42,586 nucleotides of DNA from an uncultured Gammaproteobacteria bacterium (GTDB taxonomy: Bacteria; Patescibacteriota; Microgenomatia; UBA12405; JAHJSD01). The first letter of the stretch is position 1. Each line of letters opens with the position of its first letter. The DNA is taken from the NCBI GenBank assembly GCA_964432015.1, contig CAYSLZ010000002.1, positions 1 through 42,586 of the forward strand, read 5' to 3'. The notes under the pieces were generated by a model. It was not told the origin of the DNA, searched no databases, and saw only the letters and a list, made by a program, of their open reading frames with translations. Positions 23,794 through 32,183 of the stretch are shown one piece after another. The position numbers were made by a program, and so were the translations under genes.

Positions 23794-24771
23794 ATGGTTA
23801 AATCAAAAAATAAAAAACAAAACAAACTCAGTAAAAATCTTTGGACAATGGTTGATAAGTTTTTAGAAGCTTTGGAAATTGAACGCAACTGTTCTCCATT
23901 AACTATTCGGAATTATCGTCATTATTTAAAAAGGTTTAATAGGTTTTTAAAAAACGATGATAAAGACTACTCCCCTACTCTATCCGATCTTACCCTGGAA
24001 AATATACGGAAATTCCGACTTCATTTAGCCAGAATTAAAACTCGCAAGGGAACTTTTTTAAAAAAGAAAACCCAGGGTTACCACATAATTGCTTTGCGGT
24101 CATTTTTAAGCTGGTTGATTAAAGATAATTATAATGTGGTTGCACCTGATAAGATTGATTTGCCCAAAACACCAGAAAGACAGGTAAAATTTTTAAATGA
24201 GAAACAGCTAAATAAATTTTTAAATCAGCCTCAAATTTCAACTAAAATTGGTTTAAGAGATAAAGCTATTTTGGAAACTTTGTTTTCAACTGGTTTAAGA
24301 GTTAGTGAATTAGTAAGTTTAGATCGGAATGAGATTAATCTAAAAACTCAAGAGGTTGGTGTGGTTGGTAAAGGCCAAAAAGCGCGTGTTGTTTTTCTTT
24401 CTGACCGGGCAGTAAAATGGCTTGATCGCTATTTAGTTTCCCGCGATGACCATTATGACCCGTTGTTTATAAGATATTCTGGTAAAAAAGATCCGTCTAT
24501 GGATGATGAAGAAATGCGGCTTTCAGCCCGGTCGGTTCAAAGACTAGTTGAAAAATATCGTAAAAAAGCAAAAATACCAATCAAGGTGACTCCGCATGTT
24601 TTGCGTCATTCATTTGCTACTGATCTTCTTCGTCAGGGAGCCGATCTTCGGTCTGTTCAGGAACTGCTTGGGCATAAAAACATTTCCACAACTCAAATTT
24701 ATACCCACGTTACCGACCGCCATCTCCACGAAACTCACAAAAAGTACCACTCTGGCAATAAAGAATCCTAA
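23794..24771 (+). CDS. xerC: Tyrosine recombinase, XerC/XerD family
   Basis: N-terminal SAM-like core-binding domain (FLEALEIERNCSPLTIRNYRHYL). Catalytic set GLRVSEL (R), GKGQKAR (K), HVLRHSFAT (HxxR), LGHKNISTTQIYTHV (H, Y). Confidence 0.9.
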   Translation: MVKSKNKKQNKLSKNLWTMVDKFLEALEIERNCSPLTIRNYRHYLKRFNRFLKNDDKDYSPTLSDLTLENIRKFRLHLARIKTRKGTFLKKKTQGYHIIALRSFLSWLIKDNYNVVAPDKIDLPKTPERQVKFLNEKQLNKFLNQPQISTKIGLRDKAILETLFSTGLRVSELVSLDRNEINLKTQEVGVVGKGQKARVVFLSDRAVKWLDRYLVSRDDHYDPLFIRYSGKKDPSMDDEEMRLSARSVQRLVEKYRKKAKIPIKVTPHVLRHSFATDLLRQGADLRSVQELLGHKNISTTQIYTHVTDRHLHETHKKYHSGNKES

Positions 24772-24776
24772 AACCT

Positions 24777-24812
24777 TTTTAAAGATAGTGTTACGATCGT
24801 ATTGCTATTTTG
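24777..24812 (+). repeat. Copy 1 of a 32-nt perfect direct repeat / imperfect palindrome
   Basis: TTTTAAAGATAGTGTTACGATCGTATTGCTAT (24777-24808), starting 5 nt after the xer stop. Stem AAAGATAG/CTATTTTG includes one G-U. Central ACGATCGT palindrome. Confidence 0.9.
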
Positions 24813-24845
24813 ACAATTGAATATATTTTGGTGTAGAAATAGTTA

Positions 24846-25518
24846 ATGAGGAAGAAGAGATCAAAGACACTACAAATACTTGCTGCGGCTGAAGATCTTA
24901 TGCTTAATTTTGGAGACTATTTTAGCCGAGATAGGAGAAAAGGAACTGACTTAGCTGAGTGGTTAAGTATTGGCACGCGGGCGACCACATATTATTTTGT
25001 CAAAAAGGGTGTATTAAACCCGGATTTGACATTTAAGGAAAAACCAAATTCGATTTTAAGATTAATAAAAAAACCATGGGATGGTAAATGGAGATTTGTT
25101 ATTTTTGATATTCCTCAGAAAGAGGTTAATTTCAGAAATATTATTAGACGACGCTTGAAAGAATTGGACTTTAGGCAGTTGCAGCGTTCTGTTTGGTTTT
25201 CACCCTTACCCCTTACGCAAAGTTGTGAAAAAAATGGATAAACGAGTCGATGATTACAATTACTTGACTGTAATAGAAGGTAAGATATATCGTGATGATC
25301 CAAAAAGGATTGTTAGAAATAAATGGGAAATTGATGATTGGAGGCAACGTGTACTAAACTGGAAGAATTTAATTCAAGACAAGAGAAAACTTAGTGAAAT
25401 AAACCAAAAAACCTTTTGGAATTTAGTTTTGGACCATCCAAAGGTTCCTCTGGATCTTCTTCCTAAAAATTGGCCCTTAAAAGATTTAGTGAAACAATTT
25501 GACTTGAGAAAGTTTTAA
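24846..25518 (+). pseudogene. PaaX-like regulator (wHTH + central Cas2-like domain + C-terminal domain) split by a frameshift in an A7 run
   Basis: ORF 24846-25241 ends ...WDGKWRFVIFDIPQKEVNFRNIIRRRLKELDFRQLQRSVWFSP.. (PaaX central Cas2-like signature). ORF 25225-25518 continues in the +1 frame. Removing one A from A7 (25228-25234) fuses them (..SCEKMDKRVDDY..). Confidence 0.55.
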
Positions 25519-25548
25519 AGATAGTGTTACGATCGTATTGCTATCTTT
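25513..25548 (+). repeat. Copy 2 of the 32-nt perfect direct repeat; here the stem is a perfect 8 bp
   Basis: TTTTAAAGATAGTGTTACGATCGTATTGCTAT (25513-25544) followed by CTTT. AAAGATAG/CTATCTTT pair perfectly. It overlaps the TAA stop of the PaaX-like gene. Confidence 0.9.
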
Positions 25549-25613
25549 AATAATTAAATATAATTATGGTGGGGATAAGTTCTGCCTTTACACTTTATTT
25601 ACATCTCGCTTAG

Positions 25614-28244
25614 TTAATTTCCATTATCACGGAGGCAGGTCATGGCAGAAACCTTTTCGGATTTTGTTTTGAAGCGCATTAAAATAACACCTTGAGTGGT
25701 TCTGCCTAAAACGGGAATATTTTTAAGAGGCAGTTTAATAATTTTACCTTTTAATGAAGTTAAAATTACTTTATCCGTATTTTGGTCGACAATTTGAGCT
25801 TCAGCAACTAAGCCGGTTTTTTTATTGATGTTAGCTACTTTTACGCCTACGCCGGCTCTTTTTTGAAGAGGATATTTATAGGCGTTTGTGCGTTTACCCA
25901 GTCCCCTTTCGGTAACTACCAAAAGGTGGCGGAATAATTTCCGCCGTTTATCTTCCGGAACCGGTTTCTTGTCTGGAATGGTATCGAGAGAAATAACATG
26001 GTCTCCCTTTTTAAGTTCAATTCCTTTAACTCCCTGAGCTGTTCTACCCATTGTCCTGACATCTGTTTCTTTAAAGCGGATACATTTGCCTTTTTTAGTA
26101 ATTAAGAAAGCATGTTTCCTACCATTAGTTAATTTCGCATCAACTAATTGATCATTATCCTTTAGACTTATTGCAATAATTCCGGTTTTCCTAATATTTT
26201 CAAAATCTTCAATTTTTGTTCGTTTAACTTGACCTTGGTCAGTGGCTAAAAGTATGTATTTTTCCTCCGGCGTTTTTTTGGCAGAAAGTTTAAGAAACGC
26301 CTGTACTTTTTCGCCTTGTTCAATGTTAATTAAGTTAATTATTGCTTGGCCTTTAGATTTTCTTGAACCCTCCGGTATTTCCCAAACACGTTTTTCATAA
26401 ACTTTACCTTGATCGGTAAAGAAATAGATTATGTCGTGGGTTGTACATGAAAATAAGTTTTTAATTGAATCTTCTTCTTTAGTTGTCATTCCCTGAACGC
26501 CTTTACCACCTCGTCTTTGACTTCGGTAAGTTCCGCGGCCCACCCTTTTGATATAACCAGTTTTAGTAATAGTGACAATAACTTCTTCTTTAGCAATTAA
26601 ATCCTCCTCACTTAACTCACCAACTTTTCGTTTATATATCTTGGTTTTTCTTTTGTCTCCGTATTTTTCTTTTATCTCTTTAAGCTCGTTTTTTATTTCT
26701 TTTAGCATAATTTTTGGCTTGGTGAGAAGCGTTTCTAGTTTTTCCAATGTTTCCTTAATTTCCTCATATTCGGCTTCTATTTTTTGGCGTTCCAAAGCAG
26801 CTAATCTTTTTAACTGCATATCTAAAATTGCTTGAGCCTGAATGTCAGTTAATTCAAATTTGTTCATTAAGTTGGATTTAGCTGTTTCAGTGTCTTTGGA
26901 TTTTTTAATTGTTTCAATTATTTCATCAAGATTATCAAGAGCTATTTTTAGACCTTCTAAAATGTGGGCTCTGAATTTTGCTTCTCTAAATTCATAAAGG
27001 GTTCTTCGTCTGATAATTTCATGTCGATGGCGGATGAAAAGAAGCAGAATTTGGCGTAAATTTAAGGTTTGTGGAACTCCATCAACCAAGGCAACTATGT
27101 TTGCCGGATAGTTTTTTTGAAGATAGGTGTATTTATAAAGCTTGTTAAGAATTGATTTTGGTCGAGCTGTTCGTTTTAATTCAACTACAACTCTAATTCC
27201 ATCCCGGTCGGATTCATCTCGCAAATCTGATATGCCGGTAATCTTTTCATCTTTAGCCAGTTTAGCAATTTTTGCCACTAGTTTAGCCTTGTTGACCTGA
27301 TATGGCAATTCACTGATAATAATGTTGTGTTTTCCCATATTGGCTTCTTTTATTTCTGCTTTACCGCGCATGAGAATTTTACCTTTTCCAGTAGTGTAGG
27401 TTTTATTGATTGATTCTTGGTCAAATATTTCTCCTGATGTTGGGAAATCAGGTCCTTTAATAAATTCTAAAAGATCTGTACTTGATAATTTTGATTCAAA
27501 TTCAAACTGCCAGTCAGCTAATTTTTTAACCTCTTGCATAATTACGTATTCAGCAGTCTTTTTTTTGTTTTCGGTTAGTTTTTTAAATTCAATTTTTTCC
27601 TCATTTTCCTTTTTCTTAAGCTTGCCTTCGTCAATCATGTGAATTATGGCGTTAATTACCTCGGTTAGGTTATGAGGAGGAATTTTTGTTGCCATGCCAA
27701 CAGCAATTCCGTCTCCTCCGTTGATAAGAAGGTTGGGAATTTTTGTTGGTAAAACAACCGGTTCTTTTAAAGTTCTATCAAAATTATCAGTAAAGTCTAC
27801 TGTTTCCTTGTTAATGTCTCGAAGCATTTCTTGGGCAATTTTGGCCATCTTTGCTTCGGTATAACGCATAGCAGCTGGCGGGTCACCGTCAATTGACCCG
27901 AAATTACCTTGTCCGTTAATTAAACAATAACGCATAGCAAAGTCCTGGGCCATATGAACGAGAGCTCCATAGCTTGAACTGTCACCATGAGGATGATATT
28001 TTCCTAAAACTTCTCCAACTATCTTGGCTGATTTGCTGTAGCTGGCACCGCTGGTTAAATGCATTTGGTGCATGGCGTAAAGTATTCTTCTTTGTACCGG
28101 TTTTAGACCGTCACGGACATCAGGTAAAGCTCGTGAAACAATAACACTCATTGCGTAGTCTAAGTACGCTTGTCGCATTTCGTCGGTAATTTTTACTGGT
28201 TTTATTTGATCAGCCTTTGGGGCTATTTTTGTTTTCTTTGCCAT
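25614..28244 (-). CDS. gyrA: DNA gyrase subunit A
   Basis: [29 protein letters not shown] (catalytic Tyr), GPDFPT, and C-terminal beta-pinwheel repeats. Confidence 0.95.
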   Translation of the reverse strand: MAKKTKIAPKADQIKPVKITDEMRQAYLDYAMSVIVSRALPDVRDGLKPVQRRILYAMHQMHLTSGASYSKSAKIVGEVLGKYHPHGDSSSYGALVHMAQDFAMRYCLINGQGNFGSIDGDPPAAMRYTEAKMAKIAQEMLRDINKETVDFTDNFDRTLKEPVVLPTKIPNLLINGGDGIAVGMATKIPPHNLTEVINAIIHMIDEGKLKKKENEEKIEFKKLTENKKKTAEYVIMQEVKKLADWQFEFESKLSSTDLLEFIKGPDFPTSGEIFDQESINKTYTTGKGKILMRGKAEIKEANMGKHNIIISELPYQVNKAKLVAKIAKLAKDEKITGISDLRDESDRDGIRVVVELKRTARPKSILNKLYKYTYLQKNYPANIVALVDGVPQTLNLRQILLLFIRHRHEIIRRRTLYEFREAKFRAHILEGLKIALDNLDEIIETIKKSKDTETAKSNLMNKFELTDIQAQAILDMQLKRLAALERQKIEAEYEEIKETLEKLETLLTKPKIMLKEIKNELKEIKEKYGDKRKTKIYKRKVGELSEEDLIAKEEVIVTITKTGYIKRVGRGTYRSQRRGGKGVQGMTTKEEDSIKNLFSCTTHDIIYFFTDQGKVYEKRVWEIPEGSRKSKGQAIINLINIEQGEKVQAFLKLSAKKTPEEKYILLATDQGQVKRTKIEDFENIRKTGIIAISLKDNDQLVDAKLTNGRKHAFLITKKGKCIRFKETDVRTMGRTAQGVKGIELKKGDHVISLDTIPDKKPVPEDKRRKLFRHLLVVTERGLGKRTNAYKYPLQKRAGVGVKVANINKKTGLVAEAQIVDQNTDKVILTSLKGKIIKLPLKNIPVLGRTTQGVILMRFKTKSEKVSAMTCLRDNGN

Positions 28245-28747
28245 CTTTGTTTACTTTTTTTAATTACTTGATAAGCCTCTTTTTTAGTTAACCATTCGCC
28301 GACTTTAATTTCTTTGTTAAGTTCTAATTTGGCGTAACTCTCCCAGAAATCAACAATCTCGTTTTTAGTTGCTGTGCTTAAATCTTTTAAGCTTTTAAAA
28401 TGATCCATTCTCGGGTCATTTTTGGCAGCGGCAATAATTTTAGTGTCTTTTTCACCAGTGTCATGAAGTTCTAAACCTCCAATAACACGAGACCGAATTA
28501 AACAACCGGGAATAGTTGGTGACGAAACTAAAACCATTATATCTAACGGGTCATTATCCTCTGCTAGTGTGGAGGGAATGTATCCGTATTCAGTTGGATA
28601 AAAAACCGAGCCCGGTAAAACTCGATCTAAAATAAGCTGGTTTAATTGGTGGTGAAACTCATATTTATTAGTCCCCCCTTTAGGAATTTCCACTCGACAG
28701 TAGACTGTTTTCGGTGAATTTGGTCCACAAGGTATTTTTTTATTCAT
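28223..28747 (-). CDS. ppa: Inorganic pyrophosphatase, family I
   Basis: [47 protein letters not shown] overlap with the gyrB stop and a 22-nt overlap with the gyrA start. Confidence 0.9.
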   Translation of the reverse strand: MNKKIPCGPNSPKTVYCRVEIPKGGTNKYEFHHQLNQLILDRVLPGSVFYPTEYGYIPSTLAEDNDPLDIMVLVSSPTIPGCLIRSRVIGGLELHDTGEKDTKIIAAAKNDPRMDHFKSLKDLSTATKNEIVDFWESYAKLELNKEIKVGEWLTKKEAYQVIKKSKQRWQRKQK

Positions 28748-30708
28748 ATATCCAAGGTCGCCATTTTAGCGTGTGTTTGAATAAAGTGCCTTCTTGGCGG
28801 TACTTTTTTACCCATTAAAATTGAAAATGTTTCATCGGCTTTTTCAGCGTCATCAATGTTGACTAGTTTTAATATCCGGTTTTCCGGATTCATAGTTGTT
28901 TCCCATAACTGGTTCGGGTTCATTTCTCCAAGCCCTTTGTAACGTTGAATATTGATGTTTTTATAATCCTTACTGTATTTAGCGACTAGTTTGTCTTTTT
29001 CCTTTTCAGAATAAGCATATTGCTCATTCTTGCCTGCTTTTACTTTGAATAAAGGCGGTTGGGCAATATATAAATTGCCCTGTTTAATTATCTGCGGCAG
29101 ATATCTAAAGAAAAAAGTCAGCAGTAAAGTGGCAATATGGGCGCCGTCAACATCAGCGTCAGTCATAATAATAACTCGGTGGTAACGAAGTTGCTCCATA
29201 TCAATTTCCTCACCAATACCAACGCCTAAAGCGACAATCAGGTCTTTGAGCTCCGGAAATTCAACGATTCTATCCAAAGCTGCTTTTTCAGTATTTAAAA
29301 CTTTACCTCTTAAAGGTAAAATAGCTTGAAATTTGCGGTCTCTGCCTTGCTTAGCTGAACCTCCGGCAGAGTCTCCCTCAACAATAAATAACTCTGATTT
29401 TTTTGGTTCTTTAGTTTGGCAATCAGCTAGTTTTCCCGGCAAACCTAATGAGTCAAAGACACCTTTTCTTGATATAGCGTCGCGGGCTGCTTTAGCCGCT
29501 TTTCTGGCTCTGACAGTCAACATGACTTTTTCCAGTATGGCATTAGTGTCAGAAGGATGTTCCTCAAAAAAAGTTTCCAGCCCTTCCCTGGCAATTTTAG
29601 CCACTAAGGGGCGAATTTCACTGTTACCCAGTTTGCCCTTAGTTTGCCCTTCAAACTGAAGGTCTTTGGATGGCATTTTTACAGAAATTATTGCTGTTAG
29701 GCCTTCGCGGGTGTCCCGGCCGCGAATAGTACCGTTTTTAATTTTTTTCAACAAGTCATTTTTTTGAGCATATTTTTTAATTGACCTAGTTAAGGCGCTT
29801 TTAAAACCAGATTCGTGGGTTCCGCCTTCTTGTGTATTTATAACGTTAACGTAGGAAATAATGTTTGTTCTATTGCTGTCAGTGTATTGAATAGCAATTT
29901 CAACCTCTTTATCATCTTCTTGTCCATTAATATATATTGGTTGATGAAAAGTATCCTTACCTTGGTTTATTTGATCAAGCAGTGAACGGATACCGCCTTC
30001 AAAATAAAAATGATATTCTTTGTCTTTAATTTTATTATTAAAATGAAAGAATAAGCCGGAGATTAAAAAAGCTCGATCGCGGAGAGAATTTTTAATTGTT
30101 TTGGGGTTAAATTCGGTTGTTTCAGTAAAAATTTTGGGGTCAGGTGTGAAATTTACAATTGTTCCGGTTTTTCCTTTTAAAAATTCTTTTGATTCCGTAA
30201 ACTTAGTTTCTTTTATTTCCTTTACCTTTGTTTCTGGATTACCTCTTTTATATTTTTGGTAATAAATTTTATCGTCACGGTGAACTTCTACTTCCATAGA
30301 CGTGGATAAAGCATTAACTACACTTGACCCGACACCGTGCAGTCCGCCCGAAATTTTATAAGCCTCACCTTCAAATTTTCCTCCGGCATGAAGTTTGGTC
30401 ATTACAATTTCTAAAGTGGATTTTTTATATTTCGGGTGTTCATCAACGGGAATTCCCCGGCCGTCGTCAACAACAGTTACTGAACCGTTTTGGTTTAAAC
30501 TGACCCAGACGTTTTCAGCCGCTCCAGCCAAAGCTTCATCAATGGCATTATCAACAATTTCATACACACAGTGGTGCAGACCGGTTTCATTGGTTGAGCC
30601 TATATACATTGCCGGCCGTTTACGAACCGGAGCTAGTCCTTCTAGAACGACTATTTGTTCTCCGGTATATTTATCAATAGTATCCAGTTTTTTCTTCTTT
30701 TTTGCCAT
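28744..30708 (-). CDS. gyrB: DNA gyrase subunit B
   Basis: GLEPVRKRPAMYIGST, LHHCVYEIVDNAIDE, GGLHGVGSSVVNALS, EGDSAGGSAKQGRDR, PLRGKVLN and IMTDADVDGAHI. Confidence 0.95.
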   Translation of the reverse strand: MAKKKKKLDTIDKYTGEQIVVLEGLAPVRKRPAMYIGSTNETGLHHCVYEIVDNAIDEALAGAAENVWVSLNQNGSVTVVDDGRGIPVDEHPKYKKSTLEIVMTKLHAGGKFEGEAYKISGGLHGVGSSVVNALSTSMEVEVHRDDKIYYQKYKRGNPETKVKEIKETKFTESKEFLKGKTGTIVNFTPDPKIFTETTEFNPKTIKNSLRDRAFLISGLFFHFNNKIKDKEYHFYFEGGIRSLLDQINQGKDTFHQPIYINGQEDDKEVEIAIQYTDSNRTNIISYVNVINTQEGGTHESGFKSALTRSIKKYAQKNDLLKKIKNGTIRGRDTREGLTAIISVKMPSKDLQFEGQTKGKLGNSEIRPLVAKIAREGLETFFEEHPSDTNAILEKVMLTVRARKAAKAARDAISRKGVFDSLGLPGKLADCQTKEPKKSELFIVEGDSAGGSAKQGRDRKFQAILPLRGKVLNTEKAALDRIVEFPELKDLIVALGVGIGEEIDMEQLRYHRVIIMTDADVDGAHIATLLLTFFFRYLPQIIKQGNLYIAQPPLFKVKAGKNEQYAYSEKEKDKLVAKYSKDYKNINIQRYKGLGEMNPNQLWETTMNPENRILKLVNIDDAEKADETFSILMGKKVPPRRHFIQTHAKMATLDI

Positions 30709-30729
30709 TTTAATCAGCTTTTCGGGAGC

Positions 30730-30755
30730 AAAAAAAAATTCTGCTTAGCAGAATT
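30730..30755 (-). terminator. Intrinsic-terminator-like hairpin inside the gyrB leader
   Basis: Minus sense reads AAATTCTGC-TAA-GCAGAATTT followed by a T run, ending 22 nt upstream of the gyrB ATG. Confidence 0.5.
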
Positions 30756-30799
30756 TCCTGCAGTATAAAAAAGCAGGTCAGCTCATTTGCACTAAGTAC

Positions 30800-30828
30800 A
30801 TTATAGTCTATTTATATACGGTATTCAA
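30800..30828 (-). promoter_or_regulatory. Near-consensus sigma70 promoter upstream of gyrB
   Basis: Minus sense reads TTGAAT (30828-30823), a 17-nt spacer, then TATAAT (30805-30800). Confidence 0.6.
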
Positions 30829-30845
30829 GTTATTACTTTATCCGA

Positions 30846-31640
30846 TTAATCGCATATTTTAGGCGGGTTATTAAAAGCGGAGCAAAGGGCAGTGATTAGA
30901 TATTCAGAAGAAGCAATTTGATTATTTTGAAAGTAGCTGTTGTTGATTTTTACTATTATTTTACTGCCTCCTTGTTGAGAATTAATCGGCAGTTGACTGT
31001 CGTTGATAAAAATTTGCGGAGTTTGACGAATATTTTTATTTTCTAAAAATTTTATTTCATTTTCCAAAATTTCAATACTTTGAGTACTAAAACAGTCTTG
31101 TATTTGATTTGTCGGCAAATTTACCTTTTTAGCTTGTTCTTGCCAACAATGGTCAACGTTTTCTAATGAGCAGTTTTCTTCCACATTATTAACAAATTCC
31201 CACCAGTCTAGTGGATTATTGGTTAATCTCCAAGCGCAAATTTCCCGAATATTTTGATTTAGTTGTCGTTTACCTTTTGGTGAACAGTAATATTTATTGT
31301 TTTTGGCGGCAATACATTGATTTTCTGTTTTGGGGCCGTTTTTTGTAGTATAAAAATAATAATGGGGCTGCCAATTTACTTTTTGGTTAAAAAATTGGAC
31401 CGCTTTTTGTAAATTTGTTCTTAATAATTTATCTTTATTTCCAAAGCTTTCTTGAAACATTACTATGTTTGGTGTATTTGTTTGTGAGGGTTGAAAGAGG
31501 ATGTTTTTAGCTCGGGAGTTTTTAGTTTCCGGCGGGCATTGGGTTTCTAAATTTACTTTTTTACGGATGGAGCCGGCTAAAAAGGCAGATATAATCAAAA
31601 GTATAAAAACAGGCCAAGGAAGCTTTATATTTTTAGTCAT
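30846..31640 (-). CDS. Hypothetical Cys-rich exported or membrane-anchored protein
   Basis: N-terminal TM helix (PWPVFILLIISAFLAGS). Several conserved-looking Cys residues. A weak DsbA-like C-terminal pattern but no CxxC. Confidence 0.35.
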   Translation of the reverse strand: MTKNIKLPWPVFILLIISAFLAGSIRKKVNLETQCPPETKNSRAKNILFQPSQTNTPNIVMFQESFGNKDKLLRTNLQKAVQFFNQKVNWQPHYYFYTTKNGPKTENQCIAAKNNKYYCSPKGKRQLNQNIREICAWRLTNNPLDWWEFVNNVEENCSLENVDHCWQEQAKKVNLPTNQIQDCFSTQSIEILENEIKFLENKNIRQTPQIFINDSQLPINSQQGGSKIIVKINNSYFQNNQIASSEYLITALCSAFNNPPKICD

Positions 31641-31827
31641 TTTTTTCTATGTTTATTGCTGAAACAGGGCAGTTGTCAATAGTAGATTTGATTTCTTTAG
31701 TAATTTCCTCGGGCTGATTTTTTACTTGAGCTTTTCCTTTTTTATAGTCAATCGAAAAAATATTTGGGTCTAACGTGGCACACAAGCCGCAGCCAATGCA
31801 TTTTTCTTCGTCAATTTTTATTTTCAT
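31633..31827 (-). CDS. Small single-cluster ferredoxin
   Basis: 64 aa. CIGCGLC ... CP(VSAI) cluster-binding pattern. Confidence 0.75.
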   Translation of the reverse strand: MKIKIDEEKCIGCGLCATLDPNIFSIDYKKGKAQVKNQPEEITKEIKSTIDNCPVSAINIEKND

Positions 31828-32137
31828 TTTTGAGTATTAAGCGTAAATTTAAAAAAACAATGATCGACTTGCCGAGTATACCACTTGTTGAAGTCAGTAT
31901 AAATATAGTTAGGGGTAAAAGGATGATTGGTAAGAGTTGCCTGATTTCTTTTTTAGGAAAAACCCAGTCAACTTCCATAATTAAATAACCGACAACTGCC
32001 CCGGAGATTAATAAAAAATAATTCGTCCACTGAGTATCCTGCCAAATTAAAATTATTTCCCAGATGATTAAGACAACCCCACCGTAAAGTATCGTTTCCG
32101 GCAAATTCTTAATTTTCGATTTAATATTTTCAATCAC
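31811..32137 (-). CDS. Hypothetical small membrane protein
   Basis: Three hydrophobic helices. GTG start at 32137; the start is uncertain. Confidence 0.35.
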   Translation of the reverse strand: MIENIKSKIKNLPETILYGGVVLIIWEIILIWQDTQWTNYFLLISGAVVGYLIMEVDWVFPKKEIRQLLPIILLPLTIFILTSTSGILGKSIIVFLNLRLILKNENKN

Positions 32138-32183
32138 TATTCGCTGTTCGCTATTAACTATTAACTATTAACTATTAACTAGG
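32137..32183. repeat. Heptamer tandem array (6.5 units), CTATTCG CTGTTCG (CTATTAA)x4 CTAGG
   Basis: Read directly from the sequence. In minus sense the units are TTAATAG. It spans from the last codons and stop of tyrS to the GTG of the next gene. Confidence 0.9.

Noticed and set aside
24596-24820. 74-aa + strand ORF overlapping the 3' end of the recombinase gene
   Set aside because: It is an alternative frame of xer with no support, and it runs through the 32-nt repeat.
23794-25548. Classical integron (IntI + attC cassette)
   Set aside because: The recombinase is co-oriented with the bracketed gene. The repeat lacks the RYYYAAC / GTTRRRY attC ends. Only one bracketed gene is present. It is kept as a cassette-like hypothesis in the findings, not called as an integron.
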